Origin: Marsupella aquatica
Lineage: Eukaryota > Plantae > Marchantiophyta
Assembly (NCBI GenBank): GCA_973895155.1
Contig: OZ316895.1
Location: forward strand, 6,684,184-6,748,183
Length of the DNA: 64,000 bases
Direction: 5' to 3'
The notes under the pieces were generated by a model. It was not told the DNA's origin. It made no database searches and was given only the letters and a program-made list of their open reading frames with translations. Both the position numbers and the translations under genes were made by a program. Positions within the stretch are counted from its first letter, which is position 1, and the number at the start of each line of letters is the position of its first letter. Shown here one piece after another: positions 1 through 13,009 of the stretch.

Positions 1-1379
1 GGCTTGACAACATTAATAATGGGGTGGGTCAAGCTCTGCATACTATGAGTGAACTCGAAAACTTTGATTAACTTTTTAGACATCAGAACAATTTTTTAAT
101 ATAAAAGTTACATCTTTGGATTCTTTGAATTGAGAGGTACAACAGTTTAGCGCATAGTCAGACTAAAATGCAACTTAATTAAGATGGTCAATTGGATATA
201 AAGCCAATGTAAGAACTTAAAAACTTTCTGTATAAAAAGTGGCGTTGCATACCAGGGCAAGGTGTATATTTGGTAGACAATCAATGCTCTCAAAACTACA
301 AAGCCAAACTCATGAAAATCCTCACAAATAGTATAAAATCCTGTCTATGTGGTATTGTGTGCCAAATAGCAAGAAAAACAAGGAATTTAGCTAGAGTGCT
401 CTTTTGAACAGTTATTTTTGTTTTTTCAATTGAAACAAGACTTTAATTAGCTCAGACAAGTTTTGTTTTGAGCAGTGAAAGTGGCATATTAGGTGCGACA
501 AAGTGTAGGTGCATTTAAATGGTTTTGGCTACTTAGTAAGTTATCAATGGGAGTATAGGATTGTTTAATTGCAAAATAAAAATGTCATCAAGTGATTGGT
601 GTCATAAAACTTTACATAAAGTGACTCAGGGGGGTCATAAATGACCCAACCATTGCACTTAATGTATTGCCCTCCATCTAATGACCCCCTTCCCCCCACC
701 CCCGAGCTAGCCTTGCCAAAATGGACACAAAGATGATAAAAATATTGAATCCTAATTTTTATTCCAACATGTCTGAAAATCAGGAAGAGAAACATCATGA
801 AGGGCATTAAGGTTGTGAATTGCCATCGACATCTTGTGTCTTGTTTGACTGGAGAAGTCATTGTATGTCATTGAAGAGTGATTCCAATTTTGATTTCAGG
901 TCATGTCTATTTAAAGAAGGTCCATTTTCCTGTGAGACAAGTTCCTTTTTTTTTTGGTCTTGCACTGAAATGAGGAAGAACACTTAGTAGACTCTCCCCA
1001 TCCAATAGTGACACTTTCTTTGTAGGGAAGTCAACCCATTTCAAAGTCCCCATCTCAAAGTCCAATAGGGACCCACACCGCGAGGAAGAGAGGATTAAAT
1101 CAGGGCCACAAAGTGGACAACCAGGGGCCGAGTAGATAATCAGAACTCCATCCACTACCAACAATAACCCATCCCACCCACACACATGGGGTCTTTGTAA
1201 CTACAAATCAAAATATGACATATATGGTGTACTACATCCCTCCATACCATGATATTCCTCATTATTGTCTTTAAACCAATGAGTGCACACCTCATATTAC
1301 CATATTTTGATGTGTGATTACTGCAAGGCACACACATGACAAGACACATGATTGACCCTCCACACCCTGTGTATGGAGG

Positions 1380-1456
1380 GAGGGGGGGGGGGGGGGGATT
1401 GAACCTGGGATCTGTCAGTTCCAGGGTAACCCCCTAGCCAGCTGACCAAAGCCAGG
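1380..1456 (-). mobile_element. Possible tRNA-derived SINE head
   Basis: Minus strand shows an A-box-like TGGTCAGCTGG and a B-box GGTTCAATCCC; no convincing full cloverleaf. Confidence 0.35.
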
Positions 1457-2493
1457 TGGTTGACAAGTTTCCTTCAATCCCTCTTCACCCTGCTGGACCC
1501 TGTTGTTGCCGAGCAACAAGGATCATAGGGAGGCTGTTTGCTTTGTCATGATACAAGTCTGGGCTTAATCTAAATAAAGGTTTCATGACTTTACTGAATG
1601 ATTAGCAACAGGTCTCCACCTGTTATATTGTTTTTGGCCAAAACTACAGCGGGGTAGTGGTTTTGGGCACGCATAACCAAAGGGGGAGGAGTGCACTTTG
1701 AGAGGGCTCGTTGCGAGTAGGCCTGCAGTGTGCAAAGAATTAAAAGCCTGGTGTATTGCACATTTTAGTTTACGTCCCACACCGCAAAGTCTTGGCCTGA
1801 CTAAAAGCCCGCATCTTTTAACGTTTGTGAGACACCCTAGTAAACTAGGAAATACAGGTTGGGGACCCACTCCACCTGAACCTGTGGCGTTTTTGGGCTA
1901 GAGCTTTTGTAGCTCTGACAACAATAAATCCTATCAAGGACTTGTGGGTCCATATTTCATGCAAGTCACTCCAAATAAGAATGGACCAAGGGGCCGGAAG
2001 GGGGGGCAGAAGACAGACCTACAAGAGAAGTGGTATAAACTTTGGGATAAAAATGTGCTCTACATAAGCAAAATTGGGCCCCACTTCATTCCATGTAAAG
2101 ATCTGCAACAGGTTAGATTTAAAATGCCCCCAACCGTTTGTAAAGTAAACAACAAAAGTTTTTACCCCAATTGATGGTCACGATCATATCTTGAAGACAA
2201 AAAAACAGTGAAAACTGCCACCAACTTCTTGTAAAGCCACCTTTACTTTGGGAACCTCTCGTGCCTTCTTGTTAAGCCACCCTTACTTTTGGCAACCTCT
2301 TTTGCCAATTTGCACTGACTACTTTCTGTGATGTTTGTGAATACCTCACATCAGACTATGCCGATAAAATTCCTGTCTAAACGTTCTAGGTAGATTGGCT
2401 GTTGGACTGAACCCCGCCAACAAAGAAGTCTTGATCTGAGACCGAGGTGCATAGAGCTAATCAACAAAGACTACTGGACTCATTTCAATCACC

Positions 2494-2500
2494 TATATAA
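2494..2500 (+). promoter_or_regulatory. Candidate TATA box of MTPSL1
   Basis: CTATATAA followed by GAGCTCAGAGCTA, conserved at the equivalent position upstream of all three intact paralogs, about 520-580 bp before the ATG. Confidence 0.6.
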
Positions 2501-3015
2501 TAAATTGAGCTCAGAGCTAGAAGCACTCTGAATGTCTTTCACCACTCTTGAGTCTGTGAAGCTTGTTGGTGTCTCCATTCACAGACTTAAGTTCCTGTAC
2601 TTTGCTTTGAATTTCTGTAAGAACATTTTTCATCTTTACGTCTCCTAGCTTGACCAGTGTGCATTCCAGACAGTCCACCCTTGGCGTCACTGTTTGCCAT
2701 TTGACGAAAAAATTCCCCGATATCCACTGCTGCCAGTCAATCGTTCCACCTTGTCACATGTGCTGTTCAGCATTCAGATTTGCGATCTTCACTTCTCTTC
2801 CGCGCTTCCAAGTCTCATAAACTTCTCATGCCTCTTCGTCCAGGGTTTATTCAGAGGACGCCTGGTCTGGACAGCATTTCATTTGTAAGTATATTGGCCT
2901 CATATATGGTTTGGTAACCTGCTTTGTGTCCAGACAAACTCATAAACGGTAAATAAAGCAGGTTGAATCGCTTCCATCGAGAAGTTGGTCCTACGTCTCT
3001 GCTTGCACAAGAAGG

Positions 3016-4917
3016 ATGGCACCGGTGGAAGGTCCTCGCAGTGGCGACTCTGATAAGTCCGGCCCAATACATTCCACAGAAGCCTCAAAGGTTGAGCTGT
3101 GGAGTGAGAAAGACAGGCAGCAGCAACTACTTCATTTTAAGCCTCAGTTTACGATCCCGTACCCTGTCGGCATCAACACCTATGCGGCCAAGGCTAGCAA
3201 GGACACACACGACTGGCTGCTTGAGCACGGCATACGTGAAGTCCTTTCTCCTGAAATCTTCGCCAAGTTTTTGGAGTGGAACTTCCCGGAGCTGCCGAGC
3301 AGGATCTATGTCGACCATGGGCCGAACCTCCTTGACTGGGCTTGCAAGTTCTTCACCTGGCTGTTTGTCCTTGACTATCAGATGGACGAAACAGCCCTCG
3401 GGATGAAACGTGGGTCTTCGGTGCCGGTGTTTCTCGAACTGCATCTCGTGCTTTTGTGGAACTTCCCCGATGAACCAGTTCTGCACGAAAACCTGATGAG
3501 GTTTCTCGATGAGTTTCCGAATTCTGAGCTTCGGGAGAAGAATCGGGACTTCATCAACAATACCTTAAAGAAGGCAAAGACGTTCCCCGTCAACACAGGT
3601 TGGTTGTCAAACTACATCTTAACGTCGAGAAACTATCAAGTTTTAGCGAAACGTCACCATCTAAGCGAACTTTCCGTGTCAGTTACTCCCTTGAGAATTA
3701 GCTAGCATGACTACACCAGTGTTTGGATCCCCATGAACTTAATTCCTAATCGTTGAATGAGATACGGATGGCAGTGTATGATGGACAGCTGGAGCCAATA
3801 GCATCGGCCTTACGCGACTTATGGACTAGCTCTGTGAGGACGATGCCACAAGAATTCAACCTCCGATTAGCACAGACGATCCAAGGATACTTTCTTGGCA
3901 ATCTTGATGAGGCGAGAAATCGAGAAGATGGAACTATTCCTTCACTCGATGATTATACGGACATCCGTAGAAAGACGGGCGCTGTCGAACCTACGATTGT
4001 AAGTGGTCTTCGTGCGTGACGATTACTTTGTCCAAGCTGGAAACCCTTCTGTGACTTCGTCTGACATGTAAAATGACCTCACTCATAAAGATCTGGAGCA
4101 TTTTAAGTAAGTGAAACCACATAAGTAATTGTAGATTAAGAGCTTGAATGATTTCTCTTCAACAGAGATAAATGGCTTCATTTCTCCATACACCCTGCAG
4201 ACGACTTGAGAGAAGAACTGTAAATTATGTTTTTAAGAGATTCTATCATTTTGATTTCAGGTAATTATCGACCTTTTCGAGGACCAGTATATGCCCAGCT
4301 ATTTGTTCAAAAGTCCTTCAATGCAGCAGTTGATGGACGCAACCAACGACGTCGTTTGTTGGCATAATGATATATGGTCATTCAAACAGGTGTGCATCAG
4401 TTATAATAAAATACACATCCAGATGATTTGGCAATTTCTAATATCCTTCACCTAATCAACGTGGACACCACACATGTAAAACTCAATTAGTTTAATTCCG
4501 GCGCCGACTGCAACGAGCTCATATGCTCTTGTATTTTTAATTTGAGCAAGTACGCACGAGCGGAATGTTTATTTGGTTCCATGGAAAACTTTACCCAGTT
4601 GAGGCTCAGTGTAGCCGTGGTGGTACCATGGACACAATATGACGATGTGGTTACTGCAGGAATTGCCAAGAGGAGATATCCACAATTTGGTCATTTTAAT
4701 CAGCCTCGAACGTAAGTACAGTACCTACCAAGAGTGTGCAATCGTTGCCGAGAAGATGCTTTACGATAGGATCACCGATATTGAGAAAGCAGCTGCAGAT
4801 CTGCTGGCCATCGCTCCTCCAGCTTATGAGAATGTCGTGCGGAGGTACATTAAGACATGCAGGTATTGGGTTTCAGGCACGGAAGCTTTTCACAAGACAT
4901 GTGCTCGTTATCAGTGA
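3016..4917 (+). CDS. Microbial-type terpene synthase-like protein (MTPSL1, class I terpene cyclase fold), about 397 aa, 4 exons
   Basis: Exons 3016-3598, 3775-3998, 4261-4389 and 4660-4917 join in frame with GT-AG introns. Motifs: aspartate-rich motif altered to DYQMDE, RRKTG effector region, NSE motif NDIWSFKQE split across intron 3, C-terminal FHKTCARY (WxxxxxRY variant). Confidence 0.92.
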
Positions 4918-7055
4918 TTTCCCGATACCTAACCTCACTGCTGCCGAAGTATTGATCGGTCTAAGATTCTTAGTCAGTTCCATCCATCTTCGATCAATCC
5001 ATTGTCCTGATAACGTTTCCCTAGAAAAGAAGACCCTACGTACGGATACGACATGAAGCTAGTCTGCAGAATGATGCTTCAGGTCGTATCCGTACATACG
5101 ACCTGAGTATATGTACTGAGTGAACAAGGTGAAAGCATGGTGGTGGGATCCTAGAACTCAGTCTGTATCGGAGGGTAGGGTAATGTGATTGAGAAATATA
5201 TGATTCTATTCGCAAGTACGTACAATGATGGGACGACATGATGAGAAATAAAGTGCAGATGGTCAATGGCTAAATTTCGCTTTACCATGACGGACCCTGC
5301 ATATCGAGACCTGTCTGTGGGCGATCCAAAGTTAAGAGACGGGAGTAGAGTCTCGAATTCTCGTAGCGAGATGTAATTCATATTCATGGGCTATGCTGAT
5401 TTATTCATATACCTCCTCAGAGTATATGTTAATGCTGTACGTTAACTGGTTAGAGTTCAGCTCCAGTTGTCTCGAAGTATAGCAACTTATTATCCGTTCA
5501 TCATGATCTAGAAATGGATCATCTTTGTATCATGCTGGTAATCACACATCAAAATGTGATTACATTGATTGAAAGAAAAAAACTAGTATTATCATTGTAT
5601 GTAAGGGTGTCATACATAGTATATGTCATATTTTGATGTGCAAATTACCGAGATCCATCTTTGTATGCGTGTACCCAGATTCTTAAAGTATAATATATTG
5701 ACGTTATGACAATATAAAGTACTCGATCTCTTCATTGCTGTTGTCCCATGTCGGCATTATTTCGCTTCTCTTGCTCCTTCTCGAGTACATCCACATCCGA
5801 GTAATCCAGCTACCCAAAACATCCGAGCAATTGCACAAACTGTACACCACAAGAGAATTCATTCTGCGTCTCCTCGGATCTTGGCATTTGCTGGCTTCAC
5901 CCCGGGCGCTTCAAGGGCTGTCTCCATTGACATTCGAATATAGAGTCCACAAACTCCATGAGGAAAGACCCGTGCAAAAGCTTCCAAAGGAAACTATAAA
6001 GAATGATAATAACATCATGATGACTTTTTAGTTGCCACTCCATTTCCCCCGCCATGAAAATCCCAACAAAAGATATTGCTCAATTTGTTTCTTTACTCCG
6101 ATAAAATGGAATTCTTTCAATTGTAATATTTGGGAAAGACACTTGTTTTCTATGACAACCCATCGGGCAACCGATAGACTATGAAAAAACCAAAAGTATG
6201 CTAGTTTGGAGTAAGGGAAGGGTTATGAGTCCCTTGATTTATAAGGAGACTAACCTGATGCCCGTGCTTCTTAGAAGATGTGGAGGTGAGATCAGGGGCA
6301 AGACAATGATGTTGAGGTGAGGCAAATTAAGATGTGAAGGGGAGGCAAGAAAATGCACAGTACGTAAAAACAAATGCAAGTGATGCAAGGAATATGGGGA
6401 GTGCAAATAAATGCATATCAGGCAAGGAAGCTCTTAAGGCACCCTATGTGTCACTATGGTTACATTCCACTAGGTGAGGCACGGAAGTTTTTCCATCTAG
6501 CTTGTCCCCTCTCCTTTTCATCCTCTATGCTTCGCCACACACCCATTTCTCTCATTTTGCTCTGACTTGCTCCCTCCCTCTCCCCAACCTCTTCTTCCGC
6601 TCAATGCAATTTTAAAAAAGGGAAAAGAAATGGAGAAAAATCAAAATCAACCCAAAGGAAAAAGAAAATTCTACCTCTTGCTAGCAAAAAGTAAAAAAAA
6701 ATATTTCATGGCAATTTATTCTCATTCTAGGAGCTATATGCCATGAAGTAAAAGCTTTCAGACCAACTTACTTCTCATCTATGGGCTATCTGTCATGTAG
6801 AGTACTTTGTAGAGTGCTAAATTGATATTGGCAATAGGTATGTTTCGTGTACCTACTTACCTCAAAATCAAGTAGATGCCTTGGGCATGCCCCTTTTGAG
6901 TCAATCCAAAGATGACAAAAACATACCATTGATAGTGACTTGTTCCCTGACTCCCTTTTCAATTTGTAAGCAGAGGATTGCATGGGGACATTTTGGCGGG
7001 ACATATTAAATGGTGATTGATAAGGACCAAGTAAAGTGGGTTAACAATCTGAGGG

Positions 7056-8113
7056 TTGCCTTACACAACATTGGTGGCAGTTACTTTCCAGTTTTTTCGT
7101 GTCTTCAAAATGCAATCAGGGCAATCCATTGGGGAGACTCTACTAGGGAAACGATTCAATTGTTATGTGAAGAGATACAAGGAGGCCTTGGCAATTAAAT
7201 CTGATTCAGGTGCATGGGTGACCTTGGGAGAGCTTCGTGTGAGAATCACATTGGAGGATAAGCTTGAAAATATCTGCCCTCATTTTGATTGTATGCATGC
7301 TCTATATGGATCTGAGCATGCCAATGTTCAACCTCCAAGCACAGGAACAACAGTCTTACCAGAAGTGCCTGAACTTTACATCCACCCATCCGATGATGAG
7401 GATGAAACTGCCAAAAATGATGAGCATATAGGTACGTTTACTGTCCAAGAATGTTGCTGTTTGGGGTATTTCTTGATGAGCATGAAGTGTGTCATTTACA
7501 ATTTCTTAAAAATGGACACCTTAATTTGTTGTGCAGATTGAATTGATGAATGCAGAAGAGCCTGATTCCGAATTTGATTTCACATTGGCTTTTGAGGTTG
7601 AGTCTGAGGATTTGCACTCACGGCCAGAACCGGACATTAGCCAGGCCACTGAAGAGGCTCACCCAGCTGCCTCTGAGCCATGCCAATCAGAGCAAACCAC
7701 TCAACAGCCAGCTGTAGTGCCCCGGGGTAGTGCCAACAGCCAATTCAGAAATTCCAGGGTCGGATGGTGGTCTTGTTCCAAATCCCACTGCACAATAGAA
7801 CACTTATGCCTAAAGGAGACCAGGTAAGAGGCCTGCCAATTTGCAAGCAACTACAAGGCCTAATTTGGCTGAATTATATGCAGACAAGATTGCAGAGAAG
7901 AACTCATATCGGCAACATATGATTAAAGTGAAGGATAAGTGGAGAACTGAAGAACTTGCTAATAGGCGAGAGGCCAAGGAGATTGTAGCACTTCAGACAC
8001 TGAAGAGAGATTGCATCCAAAGAAGAGCAGACAAGAAATGGGCTAGAGCGGACCATATATGTACACCAATTGGCTATGCTGCAAATGCAACAGTCAGGCC
8101 AATTTCATGTTAA
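7056..8113 (+). pseudogene. Harbinger-associated Myb/SANT-like protein, decayed
   Basis: RFNCYVKRYKEA...KLENICPHFDCMHALYG...NVQP, then an acidic linker and a coiled-coil C-terminus; convergent with the Harbinger transposase. Intron about 7432-7537. Confidence 0.6.
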
Positions 8114-10037
8114 CTGAACTGTCTTTGAAAGTCAATAGGAGTCAAGACAAGATCAGAGACCTGATGAGCCGGGCTGATGAGTTTAATTCATCGAGCTCCA
8201 ACTGCAAACAATATTCGTGACACAGGAGCTGTGTTGCAGGAAGAGCTCAAGATGTACCGTTTTGAGATGCAGTTTGGGCATCATGTTCAGTGTGCAAAAC
8301 TTTAAGTTAATTGCGGGCGCCTTTGGTAACAAGTACAAGGGTACGCTTGTAGAACACATATTGCACTTCACTAGTGTGGGAAGTCCTATTAGTCTTTCAA
8401 AGAATATTGACTACTGTCTGTCCTGCTTTTCCTCAACTCTTGTTCAATGCCTTTACACCATAAGTGTTGTACATTCCCATGAGGAAAGTAGGGCATCTAT
8501 AAATGAAAATTTCCTCTAGCTTCCCATGCCCATTGTAGGTATATATGACATTGTTGATGTGAGCGGTGTTGCAGTGCACACCACTTCAATGCACGCAGTT
8601 TGTTGAATGTGTTTTTTTTGCTTGTAGTGCAAGTTTGTGTATTACATTTTGCCTTGATTAATGGCCATATCAAAGATGTGCTGTAGTCATTTTAAGGAGG
8701 GCATCCCTCCGCCTCGATCTTTGGAGCCGGCCGATCTGTGGCCTATGCAGGAGGCCGGAGGCCCCAAAGGGCAAACCAAAGGATGTGTGTCAGATTTTGC
8801 AGAAGGATGCCCCAAAATTGAGACCAAAGCTTTTGTGCAGCAGAACTTGTTGCTCCTCCATTGTGTCGTTGGCCTCTACAGACGTGATGGACGAGGATCA
8901 GCCTAATCGTACCGCATCTGCCCCACTAAAGGAAGAGCAGGTTACCCGCTGGACGGGTCAATACACGGAAAAAGCATATTTGGGTTATGGCGACAACAGC
9001 TGCTGAAGTCCAGGACTCCAACCATTGCCGAACTTGATCAGGTGCGCTTGTGGTCGTGGGAGGCAAGAAGAAGTATCGACTTGGTTGAAGGCAGATGCAA
9101 AAGTCCATTCAGACTTGGCACAAAAAGTTTGCAAAAAATGGAGGGACGCCATCAGAACCATAGATTATGCCAATGTACTATGTGAACAATAATCATCATT
9201 AGGCCCTGAATGTAGAGTTTGTGTTAGTAGCACAGGCTACTTTAATTCCAAACCTCTGCTAATTTTGAATGCGCCACTTTGCAATTTTGCCGATTAATGT
9301 GAGACATTCACATTCATTGTACCTTGCGCTATTGCATTAAGTTGACTACTGCAGCTTTGCCATACTCTGTGTGCTGTCCCGTATGCCTTTGTATGATGTG
9401 CCTCAGTTCACATTCATGTTATTCACAAAGTACTTCAACAATCTGCTGTCCCAAAGTGCAGACACTAGAAGCCAAATGCATGCGGGAAAGAATGTACTAC
9501 ATTCATGGTAAAATCAGTGCTCACTTGATAATTGTTGGCAAAAATGCTGCTTGCATGAAGGCTCTTTATTAAATACTCCATTGTCTTTGCGCACAGCTGA
9601 ACACTGGCGAGAACCATCAAAACTTGCATGGCAAACTATATCCTAACCTAATTTGAAATGGGAGGTCTTATATATCTGTCTAAGCATAGGACTGTGCTGC
9701 CCTGTCTGCATATCAAATATGAATACTCCTAAATGGAATGTAGGGACTGAATGGTCCTAAGTAAACAGTTTCAAGTACCATTCACATCCACTCTGACTGT
9801 AGGCACCTCTAATTATGTTTAGGCACGACCGGGCTCAACGTGCACAAGGCCAGAAGGCTCAAACAATTAGACATTCACATTGTTACAACATATCATGTAC
9901 GTAACAAATCATCGGCAACACTTCCAAAATAAAACAAGTACTGGAGGGTATAAAGGTTTCAGTATGTCTACCCCATACCTCATTCAGAGAACAAAAAACC
10001 CAGAGGTCTACGATGAAGTTTGAGAGCCTCATCCATG

Positions 10038-10324
10038 CTCGGGGGGTTAACTAAATATATATTTTGGGGTACCACGTGCGATCCTAGCCTAATATAAATA
10101 CACATATTTTATAAAGAGAATATTCCAAGAATATTCTCTATTTTCAATATTAATAACCTATTTTACTTTATAAAGGGTATATATTAAAGAATATTCTATA
10201 AACATGAGTTTATAATACCTTCTTTTGCCTCCTACGCTTTTTAAAAATTTAGTTAAAATCTGCCAAAAATACCTATTTTGGATCACACGTGGTTCCTAAG
10301 ATTTTTGATAGTCAACCCCCCGAG
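10038..10324. mobile_element. MITE, 287 bp
   Basis: TIR CTCGGGGGGTTAACTA / TAGTCAACCCCCCGAG; 8-bp TSD CATCCATG (10030-10037, 10325-10332). Confidence 0.9.
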
Positions 10325-10445
10325 CATCCATGACCCTCACTAGCAGAGCATTGCCCACAACGGTAACTCCATGCCTAGAAACACATCCAAGGTTTAGACC
10401 CCTCCCCTCATGTGTCATGTCAATTTCTGCGTCGTAACTACTGGT

Positions 10446-11720
10446 TCATTCATCATTTTGGCTCAAAACATAGTTGTGGAGTTTTCCACAAACCTTGACC
10501 CATTGCACCATTGATGCACTGTCCTTTGTTTCATTCAGCTGAACTCTGACTTCTTTCAAAGAATGCCAACAAGATTTAAAAACCCCAATGCAATGTTCAT
10601 TTGTGACACAAGCTTTAGCAACACATGTTTTGAATTCTTCTTTGTCAAACACAAGGTCTGCCCTCTTAAAAGCACAAACAAAATGAGGCAATGCTTGATA
10701 ACCAGAATCCCCAAGCAGGTTTTGGTCTTCTTAAAACATGTGGGTACTTCCAACACCAGAGCAATAACCCCACAGGTGATTTCCTCAAACATGTGAGGTC
10801 GAAGCAGGAACCAAGCATTCTTGCAAAACAAATATAGAGCACAATTTGCACTACAACCTTTTAAACCCAAAGTAGTAATTAATAATACATGTAAACACAA
10901 AGTGGAAGTACTTACCTGTGAACATGAAGAGAATCTTCCGTCCGCGGTCACAAATGACTTGAACTTTCATGGAATACCTGCATTTTTTTTTCATAGTAGC
11001 AGCCACTCTCCGTGGTGGTGTGGTCGTTGAGTTAGTGGTAAGAGCGGTGCATCTATGAGGCCCAAACATCCACAAAAGCCAAGTTTGGCAAATGCTTCCA
11101 GGATCAGTGCACGGTCCCTCCTGGTTGGCCATTGAATCTGGTCTTTCTGTGCATCCTCAAGTGCAAGAAAGCACCGCTTAGAGAAATGCACCAAAGTTCC
11201 ATTGCTGACGCCCCAGTTTGGGAAAGGTGATTCAGGCAAGCACCATTGCCATCATGCCCAAGATGGTCGAGACAGACAACCAGCGGGACAACCAGCTGCC
11301 TCACAACAGGTGCCTGCTCATGTCTAGACTCATTCTTGAAGATTGGGTGAGGCTCTATCAATTCGAGGAGGTGGAAAAAGGACCTCTTGTCCATCCTTGT
11401 CATTTGTCTAAACAATCGTTCAGGCAAGTTGTGAAAAAACTGTGTTGCCAACTCATTTGACTTTAATTACAGTTATGTGATGAGGAACTTTATAGGTAGC
11501 AAGTGTTATACATCAAAAAATAAAGCTCAGAAAGGTCAGCTACATTTTGTGCCTCTAGCTTCAGAGTCATATTTTCTGTTTGAGTAAGAGGAATCATCCA
11601 CATTTGCTCCTGACCCATTGCTGCTGGAATATTGAGGAGGGTTGATGCAATGAAAGCACTCGAGCTACTTCCACCATCGGATTCGCTCCCAAAGCTATGC
11701 AACATGATGTTTAATTGCAC
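10446..11720 (-). pseudogene. PIF/Harbinger DDE transposase, decayed
   Basis: FRQMTRMDKRSF, GVSNGT, IQWP, GCLGLID, KKCRYSMKVQVICD, NEHCIGVFK, KLHNY, spread across frameshifted ORFs. Confidence 0.85.
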
Positions 11721-13009
11721 TTTTGCTTCACCTGTCTCAAGTGTTTCTCAAGGCATGATGCTGACAATCTTGGAGACAAGGCAGTGGTATGTCATAGAGG
11801 ACATACTTTACAACACAACACAGTATAATTGCTAGCCATATATGTTTGTAAATTTGAGAGGTAATTAAAGCACAAGAATGCACATGACTCACATTCACAA
11901 CAAAGCAATAAAGAAATGTTGGAAAAATTCAATTTCATTCAAAGGTCTCAAAATAGTACATACTATGTAACTACACAGATATGATACTACGTTTAGCTTC
12001 TAAGTCTGTGTCCTGCAAGGCCACAATCAGATCAACCTAGATCTACTTTGCACTTTTAGGTTTCTATGGGGCGCGAGAAGTCTTTGCCTTGGCAGGAGTG
12101 AACTGATCGAGTAGGACTTGCTGGTGTCTTGTGCCTGTACTACACAGGACTTTGGCATATATCATCAAGGATAGAAACTCTCTAGATGTGCAACTCCAGA
12201 TCCTTCACAGACATGGTAACATGCAATCTAGGGCATTTTTGCACAATTGCTTTGACTGTCCCCATCTGAATGTGTTCAGACATTGTTGAAAAGTTGAGTG
12301 CAGAGGAATTGAGTAGAATGGATGCACTATCCCATGTTTGAGCTCGCAATGGCTTGCAAGCAACGTGCACAACATCAAACAAAATCAATTGGAACCTGGA
12401 ATTATGGACTCCTGGCAGGTTATGGCCACATCAGGGTCCAAACTCCAAGGATTTTCCGCAAGGAACACCAGTAGGGATAAATAAGCAAATTTCCTAGGGG
12501 AGGGATTTGGGGCAACATAGTTCCCAACCCAAACATTAGCTCTAAAATATTCAACTTTCCCTGGCTGAAACCTGTTCTCCTCGATGTCTGTGAGTGAAGT
12601 CCATTAAGCCATTGCCTGGAGGAGCAAAAGGAGAGTGGACATTGAGCAGAGCATGAGTGACAGAGCATGAGTGACAGACATTTGAATACACTGAGCAGAA
12701 CAAAGTAGAGCATTCAAGTATTGGAGAATCAAACAGCCCCAGCGATGAACAAAGTGACTTTTAATCAAAGTGGGTCCCAGTGTCTTTGTCTTCTAGCAAG
12801 TTATTCCAAACTGATTCCTTCAGCCCTTGCTTTGGTAAGAAAAAACACTCAAAGCTGCCTAGTGGTGAGAGTTGGGCTCATAAAATACTACAGTAATACA
12901 GTCACTCACTAAATACAAACTAGTTCCTATGTGGTGACGTTTGTTGTCGGGATGTATATAATAAATGGTGTAAGGCCAAGAGTTTTACAGAATAATGGGG
13001 TAAGATAAC

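Noticed and set aside
3016-4917. Bacterial or fungal contamination explaining the microbial-type terpene synthases
   Set aside because: Conserved spliceosomal introns, a plant CYP85-clan P450 and plant-type retroelements surround the genes.
6000-13000. Terminal repeats of the Harbinger element
   Set aside because: No matching TIR pair with a TAA/TTA TSD was found by eye, so boundaries are left undefined.
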